Assembly (NCBI RefSeq): GCF_009914755.1
Contig: NC_060947.1
Reading direction: 5' to 3' (one strand)
From: the human T2T-CHM13v2.0 reference genome, Homo sapiens
Length of the DNA: 64,000 nucleotides
Of this stretch, positions 1-17,362 are shown piece after piece; position 1 is the first letter of the stretch, and every line of letters begins with the position of its first letter. The position numbers were made by a program, and so were the translations under genes. The notes beneath the pieces are model-generated. The model made no database searches, was not told the origin of the DNA, and was given only the letters and a program-made list of their open reading frames with translations.

Positions 1-872
<872 letters not shown>

Positions 873-1649
873 TTAGTTTGCCTTCTAACCTTCAGAACCC
901 TGCCAATTCTGAGAGTATCATTACTATTATTTTTTTTTACAGCAATATCCCCTGTGCACAATGCACCCTTGCAGGATTTCTGCCTGACTGTGGCCCATGC
1001 ATAGTGCTCAGTGGAGACTGAAATATTTCTCTGCTAGGCTCTGTTCTGCAGATGCATTTGCAGTGAGCTAGAATACGCTTGCCTGCCTTGGGAAGCTTTG
1101 AGGCAACAATAGCGTGAAACCAATCACAGTAATTATCACATTAACTCATGTCATTTTGTTCAAATACTTTCAACCTTTAAAATGTGGGAGCTAAGCTCTA
1201 AGATCCAATGCTGTCTCTAGCATCCTGATGCTTGTATAGCGTACATTTAGTTAAAAGGAAACTCATTTTGAGGTTATAATTAGCAAGAAAAATTTACAAT
1301 CTGCAAGCTCAGGTTCTATTCATGGACTTAACTCCCTTTTCTTGCCTGTCTCTAAAAATCCAGGCCACTGTATTCCACTAGCAATCGCTATTGTTATTTT
1401 CTGCACCTAATAATTAAATTTAGTTCATTAACCTGGATATTCTGCAGTGTTTTTTTTTTTTTTTGGTCATCAATTTTACATTCAGCAGTGCATAGGAAAA
1501 AATTGCAACCCTGAAAAACCTTGTGCAGGACCCTAGATTTAATATTCTTTTAAAATTTCATTTGTTCCCCCTGTAGAGTTAGAAGTTGTGCACTCTGCTT
1601 TTATTTTATATGCACATTTGCGCACTCTGCTTTTATCTTAATAGGCACA

Positions 1650-2996
<1,347 letters not shown>

Positions 2997-4339
2997 TAAA
3001 TTGCATTTATTTTTTTCCTTACTTTTCAAAATTAATTGATTCTCTAATGATTTCTCGTGTATGTTATGATTGTGTTGGTGTGGCGGGGTGGAGAGAGAGA
3101 AAGAACACAGTCTCATGTTCTTTGGAACTTGATTTGTAGAAGTTCTTTGAACTCTGTTTAAAATGATTTTTTTGGTAAGGATTTGTTCTTGCTTCTACCA
3201 GGAACCTCTTGGTACTTACAAATTTGGAGGCACTGTAAAGAAATTGTAACTTAGCCACTCTGACGGAGTAGTTTCTGACCACTAACTGACCATGGTGGTT
3301 GTAATTGTTTGGGAATCTTGGCTTTATGCAAGAATTTCAAACTGCACATCCATTTTTCAGGCCAAAACCTTGGACTTAAGTCCTCAGCACAGAGACCCTT
3401 AAATGAGAGACTTAATGGTAGTCAGGATTTGGAAGACTACTTTAGGGCAAGAACTTGATTCTTAGTTAACCATCAGATCAGATTTACTTAAAAAGTAAAA
3501 GAATAGTTACATTTTACCTGTTATTTTAGAGGTTCCATCCTGGAAAAACAGTTGCTGCAACACGAAGCTTCCAGACTTTAAATCATATTTTCAATTAGTA
3601 TTCCCCAAATTCACAATTAGGTAAGAGAGTATCATGCAGTTACTGAATTTTTTCCCTATAATTTCTACTTTATTCTTTAACACTGGTGCATAAAATGCAA
3701 AGAAGTAGTCGTACCCCAAACCAAAGAAGGATGTTTATGAAACTGAAGAAAAACTTACTGCCTGAATCAGCTCCTCTGAAGTTTACTTGAATTTGTCTAC
3801 TAATGTAGGCGACAAAAAAAATTCTTTATTCTTACCTGTGCAGTTAAAGTTAAGCAGAAAAGACCTCACTAAATTATTTGTGCAAAAAGAGCTATGCATA
3901 TCTCATAGATTAAAATTTATAGAGCCTTCTGACTTTAAAATTTCATTGCAAATACACAGAGATACACAAAAAAGTTACTCTTAATTTAGTGTTTTATGAA
4001 AATTCAACAGCATCATTCTTTAAGGAAAACAAGGATATCTTTATAGCCCACAGTTCTCTCTCTGCATTCCAATAATGGTGATGATTAATCCGAAGCTCAG
4101 TACATTACCTCTTCAATGAGTAATATCAGTGTTATAAATCAGATTTTAATATTTTTATTTTCCATTCACTAGCTCTTCAAATATTTCTGACTTACGATAA
4201 GCCCTTTGTCTGTATTTTTCTTCAATGTCTCTATTAAATCTTTGCCATGACTTATCAACATGAAAATTGTTGGAGAAGTTGATTTTGGGTATGATGGCAT
4301 CATTAGCAATGTGGACATACAAATCTTCATGTTATTCTA

Positions 4340-4442
4340 TTCCTTCCCTCCCTTCCTTTCTCCCTCCCTTTCTTTCTCCTTCTCTTCCTCTCTTGCTCCC
4401 TCCCTTTCTTCCTTCCTTCTTTCTTTCTAGCCTTCCTTTCTT
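4340..4442. repeat. (CCTT/CT)-rich polypyrimidine simple repeat
   Basis: ~100 bp of ttccttccctcccttcc…. Confidence 0.9.
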
Positions 4443-6788
4443 GATTCAATAGAAGATAAGTCCCACTCACTGGGTAACTCTAAATTTATAGTGGTTTTGG
4501 TACCCTGTTAAATAGGGTGAGGCTCCCATCCAGCCTTGTCAAGACTGCTTTATTTGGCTTTGTTCCATGGTGAAAGTCTGCATGTAAATCTTGGTTAGCT
4601 ACCTCAATCTTATGTTTCTTGGGCTGAAATTGCTCTGGGTGTTGTATGAATACACAATGGGCACAAATAAATTTTTTCCAATGCACATGCCAGTGTGACC
4701 CACAGACTTCAAGGGGCATGAACACAGAGTGTACATTCTCAGCAAATATACACGTGGCACATGGTAGCTGCTCAAATAAATATTTGTGCAATGGATAGAT
4801 GTGATGTCGAATAGCCATGGATTTCAGGTCCTCACATAAATAATTTTTGCCTCCTAACTCGAGAAAAGAGAGGACACTTCTCCATGGCTGGTGTGTCTTT
4901 CCAATAGTGGGTGCAGTCTGTGTAGCTTCTCTTGCTGTTCACTTACTTCCTGACCCCCATGAGGAGTGGAATGACTTACCTTTGTTGTAAGGAGAAACAG
5001 GGCATGCTTCTTCCCTTTCTACTGGGAGTCAGCAGCTCCATAGAGAGCAGCCATTGTTCTCTTTCAGTATTGTGAGTCTCAAGAGGGCAGTCTTACTAGG
5101 GAAGTCTGTCTCAGTCCTATGCTGGCTGAGACTCACTGGAGGGGAAGGATTTCGGGGTCAGGACTAGATTGCCTCCAGACAAAAATGACATTCTTCAAGA
5201 TCTGCCATATCAACCATCAAGGTGACATTTTGATGTCCATAAACCTTATGTATTTTTTTCTTAATTAGCTCAGAACTTTCATGAGCCCCACTGGCACTCA
5301 AACATGACTTGATTTCATGTATTATCTTAAGCATCCTCTGCTAGGTACATTCAAGCAGAACAGTGGTGTGATTTTCATCCGTAAAACAATATATGTGTAC
5401 ACACACACCACATAGTTATGTGTTTATGTGTGTATGCACATAAGCAATGGGTATTTGTGTATTTCACCTCTAATTTTCCAATGCCCATATTATAAAGTCT
5501 AGCCCACAAAAAAAATGTATTGATATGGTACCAGATATAAAACTCTTATTTATGTCTTCTTTACAAGAGTAAGTAGTTCTTTGTTTCTTTTTTCTTCTTC
5601 CAACCAAACTATAACCTTGAGGCTGCTTTCTTTCTTTTAATTTTGTTACATTTATTATGCATGAATCACATCTTTATGATTCAGTAAGCCTTAGAGTTGA
5701 GAGTAAATTATGTAAACTTTCATGAGTGACAAAAATATTGTGTATGTCGGTCAAAATGTCAGTTACCTAAATAAAACATGACACTCAAATTATGTTACAT
5801 AGAGGGTCGTAGGCCAATAGCTCAAAAGGAAACATAATTTATTTAATAGAATTGACTGTGATTGTGAGTAAACTTTATAATCTGCAGCTCCATGCTATTT
5901 GGGTTGAAGTATCTTTCTGGAAATGTTTGAAATTAGGCAAGTGTGGGTTCAACAATACCAAATTATTGTAATTCTGGGATATTTACTTCAGATTAATAAT
6001 TCTATGATTGCTGAGGTTCATAGATGGTAAATATTAAATAATTTTATTTTTATTCTTAATATCTGAGAGTTAGCTAACCTTCTTATTAAGAATTCTGGAA
6101 ATAATTTGCATAGAATGTGTTACAGAGCAGCAAGTTAATTGCTGCTTTTCTTTTGAAAATTTCTCTTGTACATATTTCTCGTTATGAATGTTCTTCAAGT
6201 TTGGATTTCCTTTCATAGAAACACTATAAGACTTCAGTTACTTAAAATGACTTTGCAAAGAAAAAGAGACAGCAGAATAGCGACCCGCTTACAATGACAG
6301 TCTCCACACCTCCAATCACATGGATGAATATTGATTCCCAAAAGTAGAATTCTGTGAAACTGCTAACCCTCTGAAACCTATACTCCTGAAAAGATGCCAT
6401 GCCAACAGGAATCCAGAAGACAATGGTAGCTTTGCTTTTATTGCGATTTTATTTTTAACTTTAGTGTAACAATCAACTTCCCAACCACAATCCTCTTAAA
6501 GTGAGATAAAATTAATTTTTAATGACTAACCACACATCTAATTGGGCGGAAGTGGAACAAAACCCAGGGTCAGCTCATTGGCTGTGATCCAGAGCTCCGC
6601 TTAAGACATGCATGGTCTTAGAGACCCATCATTTGCCTTGAGAAAATGAAGTGGCTTAATTATTTTCCCTAAATAAATAGTGTCTGGCATAGTGTTAGGC
6701 CTTTTGACTTGTCTGACAAATATTGAATGGCTCTGCTCAAGGAATTACAAATAAAAAATGAAAATTTACCTGTGTCTATATATTCATT

Positions 6789-6801
6789 CTATCTATCTAT
6801 C

Positions 6802-6855
<54 letters not shown>

Positions 6856-7365
6856 GATATGGTTTGGCTCTGTGTCCCCACCCAAATCTCATCTTGAATT
6901 GGACTCCCATAATTCCCACGTGTTGTGAGAGGGACCTGGTGGGAGATAATTTGAATCATGGGGGTGGTTTCTCCCATACTGTTCTCATAGTAGTGAATAA
7001 GTCTCACAAGATCTGATGGTTGTATCAGGGGTTTCTGCTTTTGCATCTTCCTCATTTTCTCTTGCCACCACCATGTAAGAAGTGCCTTGCACCTCCCACC
7101 ATGATTCTGAAGCCTCCCTAGCTATGTGGAACTGTAAGTCAATTAAACCTCTTTTTCTTCCCAGTCTCGGGTATGTCTTTATCCACAACATGAAAACAGG
7201 CTAATATACCATCCTATCATCTATCTATCTATCTATCCATCTATCTATCTATCTTATCATCTATCTATCCATCTATCTATTGGCTATCAATCTATTGATT
7301 TTATCATCTATCTGTTTATCTGTGTATCTACCTATCATCTATTTATCTGTGTATCTTCTATCAAT
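6789..7365. repeat. (TATC)n / (GATA)n tract split by a THE1 LTR
   Basis: Near-pure TATC run at 6789-6855 and degenerate TATC at 7212-7365. Confidence 0.95.
6856..7210 (+). mobile_element. THE1 (THE1A-like) MaLR solo LTR
   Basis: tgatatggtttggctctgtgtccccacccaaatctcatcttgaatt…attaaacctctttttcttcccagtctcgggtatgtctttat…ctaatata. Confidence 0.92.
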
Positions 7366-7386
7366 CTTTAATAATAGAAAATGTCA

Positions 7387-8760
<1,374 letters not shown>

Positions 8761-8818
8761 TGGTGGCTAAACAATTTACTGTATAACTTTTAAGGCTATC
8801 AAAATATCAGTCATTTCC

Positions 8819-8849
<31 letters not shown>

Positions 8850-9016
8850 GGAGAGAGAGAGACAGGGTCTTACCCTGTTGGTCAGGCTGGTGTGCAGTGG
8901 CATAATCATATGGTCATAGCTCACTGCAGCCTTGGTATCCTGGGCTCAAGCAATTTCCTGCCTTATCTGCCCAAGTATCTGTGACTACAGGTGCACACTG
9001 TACCATGCCTGGACTA
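8819..9016 (-). mobile_element. AluJ right monomer (FRAM-like) with (TG)n(GA)n tail
   Basis: gagacagggtctt…atagctcactgcagcctt…ctgggctcaagcaat; preceded by TG/GA microsatellite at 8819-8862. Confidence 0.85.
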
Positions 9017-9903
9017 GATTCGTGTTCTTTATGTCTAGCTAAGAAAACTTTTACTGTTCAAAGTCATAACATTTTAATCTATTTTACTCAGGTACAATTA
9101 ATTATATATATCTTTTCAAAATACCCTTCCTGTAAAGTCATCTGCTTCTGAACTCTAATAGTTATCAAGTCAGGTATTTAGGCTGCAAGAAGTGTTATCA
9201 TAGCTGAGGAATAGAAAATAAAATGTATATACCATGCTCAGGCTTAATTGCTAATAAAAAGTAAAGATAATCACCTTAATTCTAAAGTATATTTAACAAC
9301 CTGAACAGGAACAGAGGTAAAACAAAATCACCTTTGTTGAACTCTTGTTGGTATCAGCCACGTTTCATTATGCAAACAATTAGAACTCCAAGGCAACGAC
9401 TATTTGAGCTAATTCCCAATACAAACCCCTCCTGTTTAAGGGTTTAGGACATTCATACCAAGCCTAGCTGGACCTTTCTTAAATCATTTTACTCTTATTT
9501 CTACTAAAGTTCCCATGTGATAATACATCTTGGTTCCTATGTACATAACTAACCAGCTGAGGTGGGCTGAGCTGTACAAAAGCCCCCATAAATAAACTCA
9601 ATTTCTTTTAATGGCTAGTCTGCAAGCTGACACTTTGTTTCATAAATTATTCTGTATCATCATTTTGAATCAGTTTCCCAGGGCTTGATCAATGCTGGGT
9701 AAACAGATAAAAATTGTATTTTGGGTCAGGTTCAGACTGTATTGATCTGAGAGCAGAGGTGACAGTATTCATCAGTGTAGGCTCTAGCCTTTTTGCCATC
9801 ACAATAATTTGGCAGAACCCGATGCAAGTATTATGTGGTTAAAAGACACTCAGTTAACCGCCCAGATAATTCTTATAATGCCTTGGAAGAGACCCACATA
9901 ACT

Positions 9904-10360
9904 TGCAACAGCTAATTTTGTGTGTCAGCTGGGCTGGGTCAGAGGATTCCCAGGTATCTGGTTAAACGTGATTTCCAGGTGTGTCTGTGAGGCTGTTTGG
10001 AATGAGATTAGCATTTGAATCGGTGGATGGTACAGGCAAAGGGTTTGCCCTCTGCAATGTGGGCGAGCATCACCCAATGTGTTGAGGCTCTCAATAGAAC
10101 AAAAGGCAGAAGAAGGAGGAATTCATCTTTCTCCTTTTTTCTTTTGCCTTACCGCTTGAGCTGAGACATCTCATATTCTGCTGCCTTGGATAGGGGTTTA
10201 CACTATCAGCTCCCTAGTTCTTGGGCTTTCAGATTCAGACTGAGTGATACTACTGGACTTATTGGGTCTTCAGGTTGTAGATGGCAAATCATGGGACTTT
10301 TCAGCCTCCACAATTTCATGAGCCAGTTTCTTATAATCTCTCTCTTCCTATCTATCTATC

Positions 10361-10406
<46 letters not shown>

Positions 10407-10482
10407 GTATCTATCTCCATCTCTCCAGTTGGAAAATCAGTCTCCAATTGGCTCTGTTTCTCTGCAGAACCCTGACTAATAC
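9904..10482 (+). mobile_element. MLT2 (ERVL) solo LTR with internal (TATC)n
   Basis: taattttgtgtgtcagctgggctggg…gagattagcatttgaatcggtgg…ttggctctgtttctctgcagaaccctgactaatac; TATC run at 10349-10413. Confidence 0.9.
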
Positions 10483-10527
10483 TTTATTCTACCCATGCGA
10501 TGGCTTGTAGCCAGTCTGGAAAATCTG

Positions 10528-10562
<35 letters not shown>

Positions 10563-10744
10563 AAATAATTATAGACCTACCTGATCAATGCATACGCTTT
10601 TGTTCTCTCTTAGCACAGATGCTTGGTGCATTGATCCTAGCCCTCTGTGTAGGTTATGGCATCCTAGCTAGACTGGCATGGACCCATAAGTAGTTAGAGG
10701 TGAGGAAAAGCTGCAGGTAACCAGTACAGTGTCTACTACAGGTT

Positions 10745-11260
10745 AGGGCTTTAGTTAAGTCAGGGTCCCAAAAGGTGGCTCCTAAACTGGGGTTCTTGGG
10801 ATCTCAGAGTGGGGAAGCCAGCAAAGGAGTGAGAAAGCTGGATAGAAAAAGGGAGAAAGTCAAATAGAGTGTGATTCCTGCAAAGTCCCAGCTTCAGTCT
10901 GATCTCTGGGGATCACTGAGGCTTATACAATGTCTTAGAGGATTTCTGTTTGTTGTTGTTTGTTTGTTTGTTTGTTTGTTTGTTTGTTTTGCCTGGAGGT
11001 AAGGGAGCTGGGCATTCCTATCTACCCCCATTCAATCATCGACTATGTTGGCTGCAGTTTGGGGCTTTGGTGAGTGAGAGGATGGAGATGCAGAATGAGA
11101 AGTGATATTAACTACTGGCATTTCTCCATGCTCCAGCAACCCAAGGACAGCAGGTCCCCTGATAAAAGTGCTAGAAAAAAGCACTCAGCAGCGAGACGTT
11201 GCCACACAGAATAGGTAAAAGGGAGCTGCTGAGAATTTGGTAGAGCAGCAACTTTGGCTA
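10745..11260. mobile_element. Degenerate old MLT1-type LTR with internal (GTTT)n
   Basis: aagggagctgggcattcctatctaccccca… motif typical of old MLT1; GTTT run at 10946-10990; boundaries approximate. Confidence 0.5.
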
Positions 11261-11487
11261 CAGTGGTCGCTCAGTATTTGCTGAGCTAAAACCCCATTTG
11301 TCTGTAGACTCTGCAATGATTAAATCCCTAGCAAATTGATGACTTAAAGAAAAAAAAAAGAAAAGAAATGCACCAGAAATCCATCTTCATCTTGAATGTA
11401 TTCCTTGCAAAAAAAAATATAATTGTTGATGGCTTTTTTCACAAATCATCCTTGAAGAAAATTGTCTAATCACAAAATAGCCTTTTA

Positions 11488-11807
<320 letters not shown>

Positions 11808-12284
11808 ACAGATTCTGTCAGCCATGTGTGGCTGGTCGAATCTGGAGTTTGTAGGAGAGAAATTGGTTTATCAGAAAAGACAGAGGGGACTTAATTTGGG
11901 GGAAAATTATTGAAGAGATTTATGTAGTGACAGAAATGGTTATAACTTGGAAAGCAGCCAGAAAAAGCTGAATCATGGGGATTAAAGTAGGATCGATACT
12001 CCCTCAAACGGGTTGTCTGCGAACAAAACAACAGTCAGTGAAGCACGTGACAGCATTTCAATTTGAAAAGTATTCATCAGTGCAATATTTTTCCCTGACA
12101 CAAAGTTTTAATAAATGATTTTTCAGTCATAAACTTGGATGTTTTTTTCCCCTTGATGTTCTTTTGTATTCCTTTTTTTTTTTTTTAACGGAACAGGAAC
12201 TGTTTTCGCAGTTAGATACAAGTGCTATTCTATTTCCGGAACTTTATTACTAGTTCATTGCTTATCATCATTTGCCACCATAGG

Positions 12285-12517
12285 ATAGCAAGTAGCCAAT
12301 TACAGCTCAGAAACCAAATTCTGTCCATCGCCTGCTTTTGTAAATAAAGTTTTATTGGAACACAACAATGCCCATTCATTTATGTATTGCCTATGGCTGC
12401 AATTTAATTCTACTTTGTGCTACAAGAGCAGCGCTGAGTAGTTGTGACCAAGACCATATGTCCCACAAAGCCTGCAGTCCTTATTATTGGCTCTTTATAG
12501 AAGTTTGCTGACCCCTG
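12285..12517 (+). mobile_element. MER58A (hAT-Charlie MITE)
   Basis: ttttgtaaataaagttttattggaacaca…cattcatttatgtattgcctatggctgc…aagtttgctgacccctg. Confidence 0.88.
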
Positions 12518-13744
12518 CATTAGGATGTGGATGAATGCCAAAACCTACAGCACCTCTTTCCTTCCTCATCTGCTTTATAGAAAAATCAGAGGCCTCTGAG
12601 CAGATCCTTCAAAATCCTGGGAGAAGATAAGAGGTCAGAATTTATCTCAGGAAAGACAACATATCCTATTGCCTAATGTTTTCATTAAAAGTCTCTGAAA
12701 TACAGAATGAAAAAAGATTGGAGAGGAAACACACCAGCTCTCATCAATGATTCATCTCTGGGAAGTAAAGTAATAGCTGTATTTTTTTTCTTTGCACATT
12801 TATATATTTTTTGCATTTTAACAATAAGCATGGAAGTATACCTTCTATAATAAAAAATATTTTTTAAAAAACCCTACGAACTTGTAAAAAATATCAGAGC
12901 ATTCCTTCTCTGTAATCAGTAGGTGGTGGGGTTGGATCTTGGACATAAATCCATTTCTAATGAGCATCTTCAGTGCCAAGAAAATTTTACTTATTCCTCC
13001 ACGAGCATGACAATAATTTTCTGGAATAAATATCACCATTCTTACTTTGAAAGGCTGGAGTGATTTATCCAGCACTGCTGTGTTTGCTAGGGAAGGAGAA
13101 AGAGTTGGGTGCACAGCCAATTTTAATGCTTGTGGTCTTTGCAGCATATCGCATATATAAAAATTATCAAGTATTGAATGAATTCAAAGCATTATGAGGT
13201 GTGTGCTAATAATTAACCAAATAATATATTCCCTGCACAATAAGAGCACAACAGGGTGTTACTATTGGGACACTGCCTATTGCCAGAAAAAATATATAAT
13301 GTATTTATTGCATGCACACACATATGTGTATATATATATATATACACACATATATATAAATATATCCCAAATAAATATGCTAATAAATAATAAATCATGG
13401 AGTAATTAAAGTAATTTTAGAGTGATAATCTCCATTACAAATGTACCTATTAGGTATGCATTAATATTCATAAGTAAATAATAAGAGGTTTTAAAAATAG
13501 ACATTTGATTACAGGCTGTATTTTCAAAAGTACGTTAAGTTAGGTCAAGTGCTGGTCTCATGTGCTTAAAATAGGGTTGAAAGAGTAGTTCTATGATTTT
13601 ATTGTGTTCAAGGCTACCTTTGTGGGCTGTCTTCTGATAAATGGCTCCATGTATTTGGACAATGCAGCTGACCAGACTTCTTTTTGTACCACAGGACTTT
13701 GCAGAGCCTTTATCAAATTATTGTTCTTTGTGAATATTCAGGAG

Positions 13745-13950
13745 AGGGTGCTAATCCACAGCTTTTCCTGGGATGCCATTTGGCAATGTCTGAAGACATT
13801 TTTGGCTGTCATTCTGGAAGGGGGTGGTGATATTGGGATCCAGTGGGTAGAGGCCAGGGATGCTGCTGAGCATCCTGCAGTGCACAGGACAGCCTGTCAC
13901 AGCAAGGAAGGGTCCAGGCCAAATATCAGTAGTGGCAAAGACAGGAATTT
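13745..13950 (+). mobile_element. MER20 (hAT-Charlie)
   Basis: catttggcaatgtctgaagacatttttggctgtca…atccagtgggtagaggccagggatgctgctgagcatcctgcagtgcacaggacagcc. Confidence 0.92.
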
Positions 13951-14559
13951 CCTTCTCCCATCTTCCTGGTTCTTGGGGCTTTAGTGCACTTCACAGAATA
14001 GTGGACCTTGGGTGCTACTAATGCACCAGTGATCCTAGTGTGCCACATGTGCTCTGGGCCCCTAGGGTGATTCATAGCAGTTAGCAGGAGATGTCAGTGG
14101 GGAACCATCAACTAGAAGGAGAAATCCCTGTGTTTAGCATAGATGGGCATACCTGAAGCACTGTGGTGGAAGAAATGATTTGTGTTTGCATTTACGTGAT
14201 ATGAGCACCTTGAATTTCTAGAAAAACTAGCAAAGATTGAACAAGGCAGATGGAGTGAGCCAACCAGTAGAACTCGGATTGCTGTGGATCTTAATTGGAC
14301 TCCCGACAACATGGGACTGAGGAAATTCAGTTTAGATCATGATTAAATAAAACAGGGACACACTGAATAAACCGGAGGGAAACAAAACCTGAAACAGTTA
14401 AATAGCTTCAGAAAACATCCAAATGACTAAGAGGGAGTAATGACTTCTCTGGCATGATATGCCCAAATAAACAAAATAAAACATATTCATAATAATAATA
14501 AATGGAATTGTTAGTGCAAAGAAAATGCATGCAATTCATTTTTTTCATGGGCCTCATCC

Positions 14560-15060
14560 ATCAGTTTGTCTCTCCCTCACTTTTCCTCCCGTGTATATTG
14601 ATTGAGAAGGTATTGGGTTCTGGGTACGGTGCTCAAACTTAGGAGTACGAAAATGATTGAAGCACATCCCCTACGTTTTGGAGATCATAATGCACAATGA
14701 AGTATAGATGCATGCAGTGACAGGCAACATAATTATGGCCATTTTGTCAGGATGGACAACATGCTTTGATGGATCAGAGATGTGGTGATTTCTAATTACA
14801 CTGGAGGAGTGAATTATGAGCTGAATTGTGTTTTATCCGACAGTGGAGGTTAAGAGTTTTCTACTCAAAGAGAATGGAGAGAGCCAGTCACAGAGTTATA
14901 AATGTCTGCTGCATATTTCAACTGTCAGCCAGAAGTGCAAGAGCGCTGGAGTGGTTACACAGACATAGGCAGAGGGGGACGGCGGGTGGGGCTGGAAATG
15001 CAAGTTTGGTTCAGTTCATCAAAGACCTCCAATGCCAGGCATCTGAGGGTAGATGTTCAA
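14560..15060. mobile_element. Degenerate L2 fragment
   Basis: Diverged L2-like purine-rich segments (agagcgctggagtgg; aaagacctccaatgccagg); boundaries approximate. Confidence 0.5.
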
Positions 15061-17099
15061 GGTACGTGAGTAACACTTATCTTTCATATCACATTTTTAA
15101 TTCATTCTGCTCACTGTAGATCTCATACATTTTCTTTTTTTAGGTCAGGTGAAAAAACACATTTCTTTTTCCCTTACCCATTTCTTCTTTACCTTCCTAT
15201 TAACCAAGAAATGAATCCATTCCCAGCTGAAATTACACCCTACACCTCCAAACACCTAAAATCTCATCCTCTCAGCATTGTAATTTCTAATGGGGGACAA
15301 AGAAGTCCTTCAGAAGGATTTGAAGTGCTGGTCAGCAGCCAGGCTCTTGGATCAAGTGTTCTTCCCGCTCGGAATACAAATCCATGTGTCTTCCAAAGGA
15401 GCCCAAAGAGAAGGTTCAGGATTTCATGACCCCTGGCAGTCACACAGCACTGCAATGTTCATACTGCTTTGGTTAGTTATTCATCTCCACATGTGAGCAC
15501 GGTCTGCTTGTGTTTTGATCAGCCCCAATTCAGAGATGAAGAAACAGACAAAAGCTGAAATGACATCTCAAAGTCAAACAGTCAATCCCAGCGGCAGGTA
15601 AAGAGCTTAGCTAGGTTTCTGGATTTCTGGCTTCTGTCTGGAATTCCTGCCGTGTGTTATCTCACTCGCCAAACTTACATGGCACTGGCATTTGCTGATT
15701 ATGGGTTTCAAACTAAATGAAAAAAAAAGGGGGAAGTCGTATTGAATATAAACACAATATTTTCAGAAAATCCATTACCCACTATATTGCATTTATAGGA
15801 AGGTGATTAAATTTCCATATCCAATATGCTAAGTGAAAATGGGGTTGAATGGTAGGTCTAAGGTTAGATCACTATGGATCAGAGAGAAAAATAATGAGTT
15901 ACTGTCACTTTTTTGTGCCTTCAATGCACTAGGGATTCTGGGAACATTGTTCTGGATGGATTGACAGAAAATAACCCATCCTGAAATGGGTCCTAAAATC
16001 TGAAAAAGGAAGCTTGTGTTCATCAAGTGAATCAACTTGAATAGTTTGGTGAATAACAGTAGCATCAGATTGATTCAGATATAATATGACAACCAAAGAC
16101 ATTTCTTAGTGTACTTATCAATACTACCAGGTTCAGGGTACATGGACTCTGACTGAAATATTTCCTGAGACATCTGGTACCCAGTATATTGGATGTTCTT
16201 TCTTGGAGGCAAATTCTTTCATTAAAAAAAAAGTTGATATTGGGGGGAAATTATTTTAAAATCCTTGGTTGATAGCTACAAATTACACATATTTTTCCCA
16301 AAATTCTATGACATTTATAGAAGTCATATTTCACTTATTTATATAAAAATTCATGTTATTTAGTTAACAGAATTTTGTACTCTATGTTATACACTCAATT
16401 TGAACAATACAGTAGGGCCTGTGGAAATGGGAACTTTTGGCCATCTCTCCATTCAAACGTAGACATTTGTGTATCTTCCTTCCACATTTCTTCCCCTCCA
16501 CCTGCCCTGTTTTATAGCTACTTCACATGGGAGAGTTGCTATGCTATTGGTTATGGTTGCTGTATTTCAGAGTATGGGAGTCAACAAGGTCTTGTTTGCT
16601 TCCTCTCCTCTTGTGGGAGGTACACAGGCTGAATGTTCCTATGCACCTTGGTTTGGAGGAAAGGCTTGGCCTTCCTCAAGTCAGGAAGGACAATTAGGAG
16701 ATTTGCTGGTCTTTAATTTTACTGTTACTGCAAAGCTGGGATTGTTGTTGTACTTTCTGGCCTGCAAGGATATTTGAACAAAGCTAAAATATGTCCTAGG
16801 GCATTTTTAAAGGAAATCTCATGAGCTTGTCATTTTTTATCCAAAGAGATCCAGGTTTATAATCATTTAATTACTAAATGATTGGCTAAAATGGAGATCC
16901 ACATAAAATGATGTACGCATACTTAAAATAGTACACTTAACTATATCTATACCTATATTATATCTATCTACTTATAGATAGATATAGATCAATCTCTGTC
17001 TATCCTCCACCAGCGTTTTTAAAATAAGATCAAGTTGTTTCTTTGAGTATGTGTTCACAAATTGGAGTTGTTTTCTGTATAAGACATATCCATGTTCTT

Positions 17100-17362
17100 T
17101 GTGGGCAGCTGAGCTTAAGATGTCCCTTTGAGTGAACACACATGAGTTTGGAAGTGGATCTGCCTCAGTCAAGCCTTCAGATGAGACCTCAGCCCTGGTC
17201 AACACCAAGCTTGTAGCCCAGTGGCAAACCCCAACACAGGAACTGTATACGTAACTCATGCCCAGATTCTTGACCTATAGGAACCATGAGCTAACAAATT
17301 TGTGTTGTTTTAAGCCACTATGTTTTGTGGTAGTTTGTTATATAGTAACAGGTAACTAATCT
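17100..17362 (+). mobile_element. MLT1 (E/F-like) LTR 3' part
   Basis: caagccttcagatgagacctcagccctgg…tgtgttgttttaagccactatgttttgtggtagtttgttatatagtaacaggtaactaat. Confidence 0.85.

Noticed and set aside
16959-16986. Perfect 12-bp inverted repeat tatatctatcta-ctta-tagatagatata
   Set aside because: Low-complexity TATC/GATA junction; real but easily produced by microsatellite turnover.
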